A stretch of 15,864 bases of DNA from Candidatus Muiribacteriota bacterium. GTDB taxonomy: Bacteria > Muiribacteriota > Muiribacteriia > Muiribacteriales > Muiribacteriaceae. The DNA is taken from assembly GCA_051747805.1 (NCBI GenBank), contig JBNJGP010000061.1, positions 1 to 15,864 on the forward strand. The letters are read 5' to 3'. The notes under the pieces are model-generated. The model was not told the origin of the DNA and did not search any database. It saw only the letters and a program-made list of their open reading frames with translations. This document shows, one piece after another, positions 15,573-15,864 of the stretch; position 1 is the first letter of the stretch; every line of letters starts with the position of its first letter. A program made the translations under genes and the position numbers.

Positions 15573-15864
15573 TGAAAAATGATTCAATATTGAAATTTAT
15601 TGATTATAAAGTCAAAGATTTTAAATTTGAACAGGATGTTATGTTCAATTTTTCTGAAAAACCTGAATTGCTGTTTGATATTGATAATGAAGTTTATCAT
15701 AAAGACGATGGATATACTTTTATTGAAATGAGTTTTAAAGTATTTGATGAAAACTTTATAGAAAATAAACAACCAATGTATTTATATGCAAGTGTTTTAG
15801 GGGTTTTTAAAGTAGATGGCGATAAAAATGCTATCCCTGAAATTCAAAAAAAATATGAAAATAA
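15572..15864 (+). CDS. secB: SecB-like chaperone (3' end lies outside the window)
   Basis: Not in the ORF track. It reads MKNDSILKFIDYKVKDFKFE...FDIDNEV...FIEMSFKVF...QPMYLYASVLGVFKV...KKYEN, the four-strand pattern of SecB-like proteins (S-x-L-x-F-x-x-Y-x-V; P-x-x-L-x-x-x-x-x-G-x-F). The expected NAxAILFPYxR helix would lie just beyond the edge. Confidence 0.75.
   Translation, partial: MKNDSILKFIDYKVKDFKFEQDVMFNFSEKPELLFDIDNEVYHKDDGYTFIEMSFKVFDENFIENKQPMYLYASVLGVFKVDGDKNAIPEIQKKYEN

Noticed and set aside
14579..15772. Minus-strand ORFs 14579-14821, 14982-15188 and 15584-15772
   Set aside because: Antisense to cas6, HEPN and the SecB-like gene, with composition typical of reverse-complemented A-rich coding DNA.

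Overview
AT-rich bacterial window, probably from a diderm (a beta-barrel-like protein and a Lol-like operon are present), with five blocks. (1) A leftward sxtIJKL-like cluster: SGNH hydrolase with a very large insertion, SxtJ-like, DUF5989/SxtK-like (missed by the ORF track), and a NodU/CmcH carbamoyltransferase running off the left edge. (2) A secreted S8 subtilase converging on a PilZ gene and a fused ABC exporter. (3) A TetR-led Lol-like operon (beta-barrel-like protein, LolD-like ATPase, two LolC/E-like permeases, LolA-like protein), interrupted by a ~285-nt array of about 10 hairpins with a recurring GTWA linker. (4) A cas6 gene with no other cas gene or true CRISPR array in the window. 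(5) Directly after cas6, three coupled genes: HEPN (RX4Y type), a small protein with a ChAD-like tail ending in AA, and a SecB-like chaperone (missed by the ORF track, truncated at the right edge). Block 5 is the best candidate for a new system: a HEPN-based toxin-antitoxin-chaperone (TAC) module beside cas6. All assignments come from reading motifs by eye; no database searches were run.
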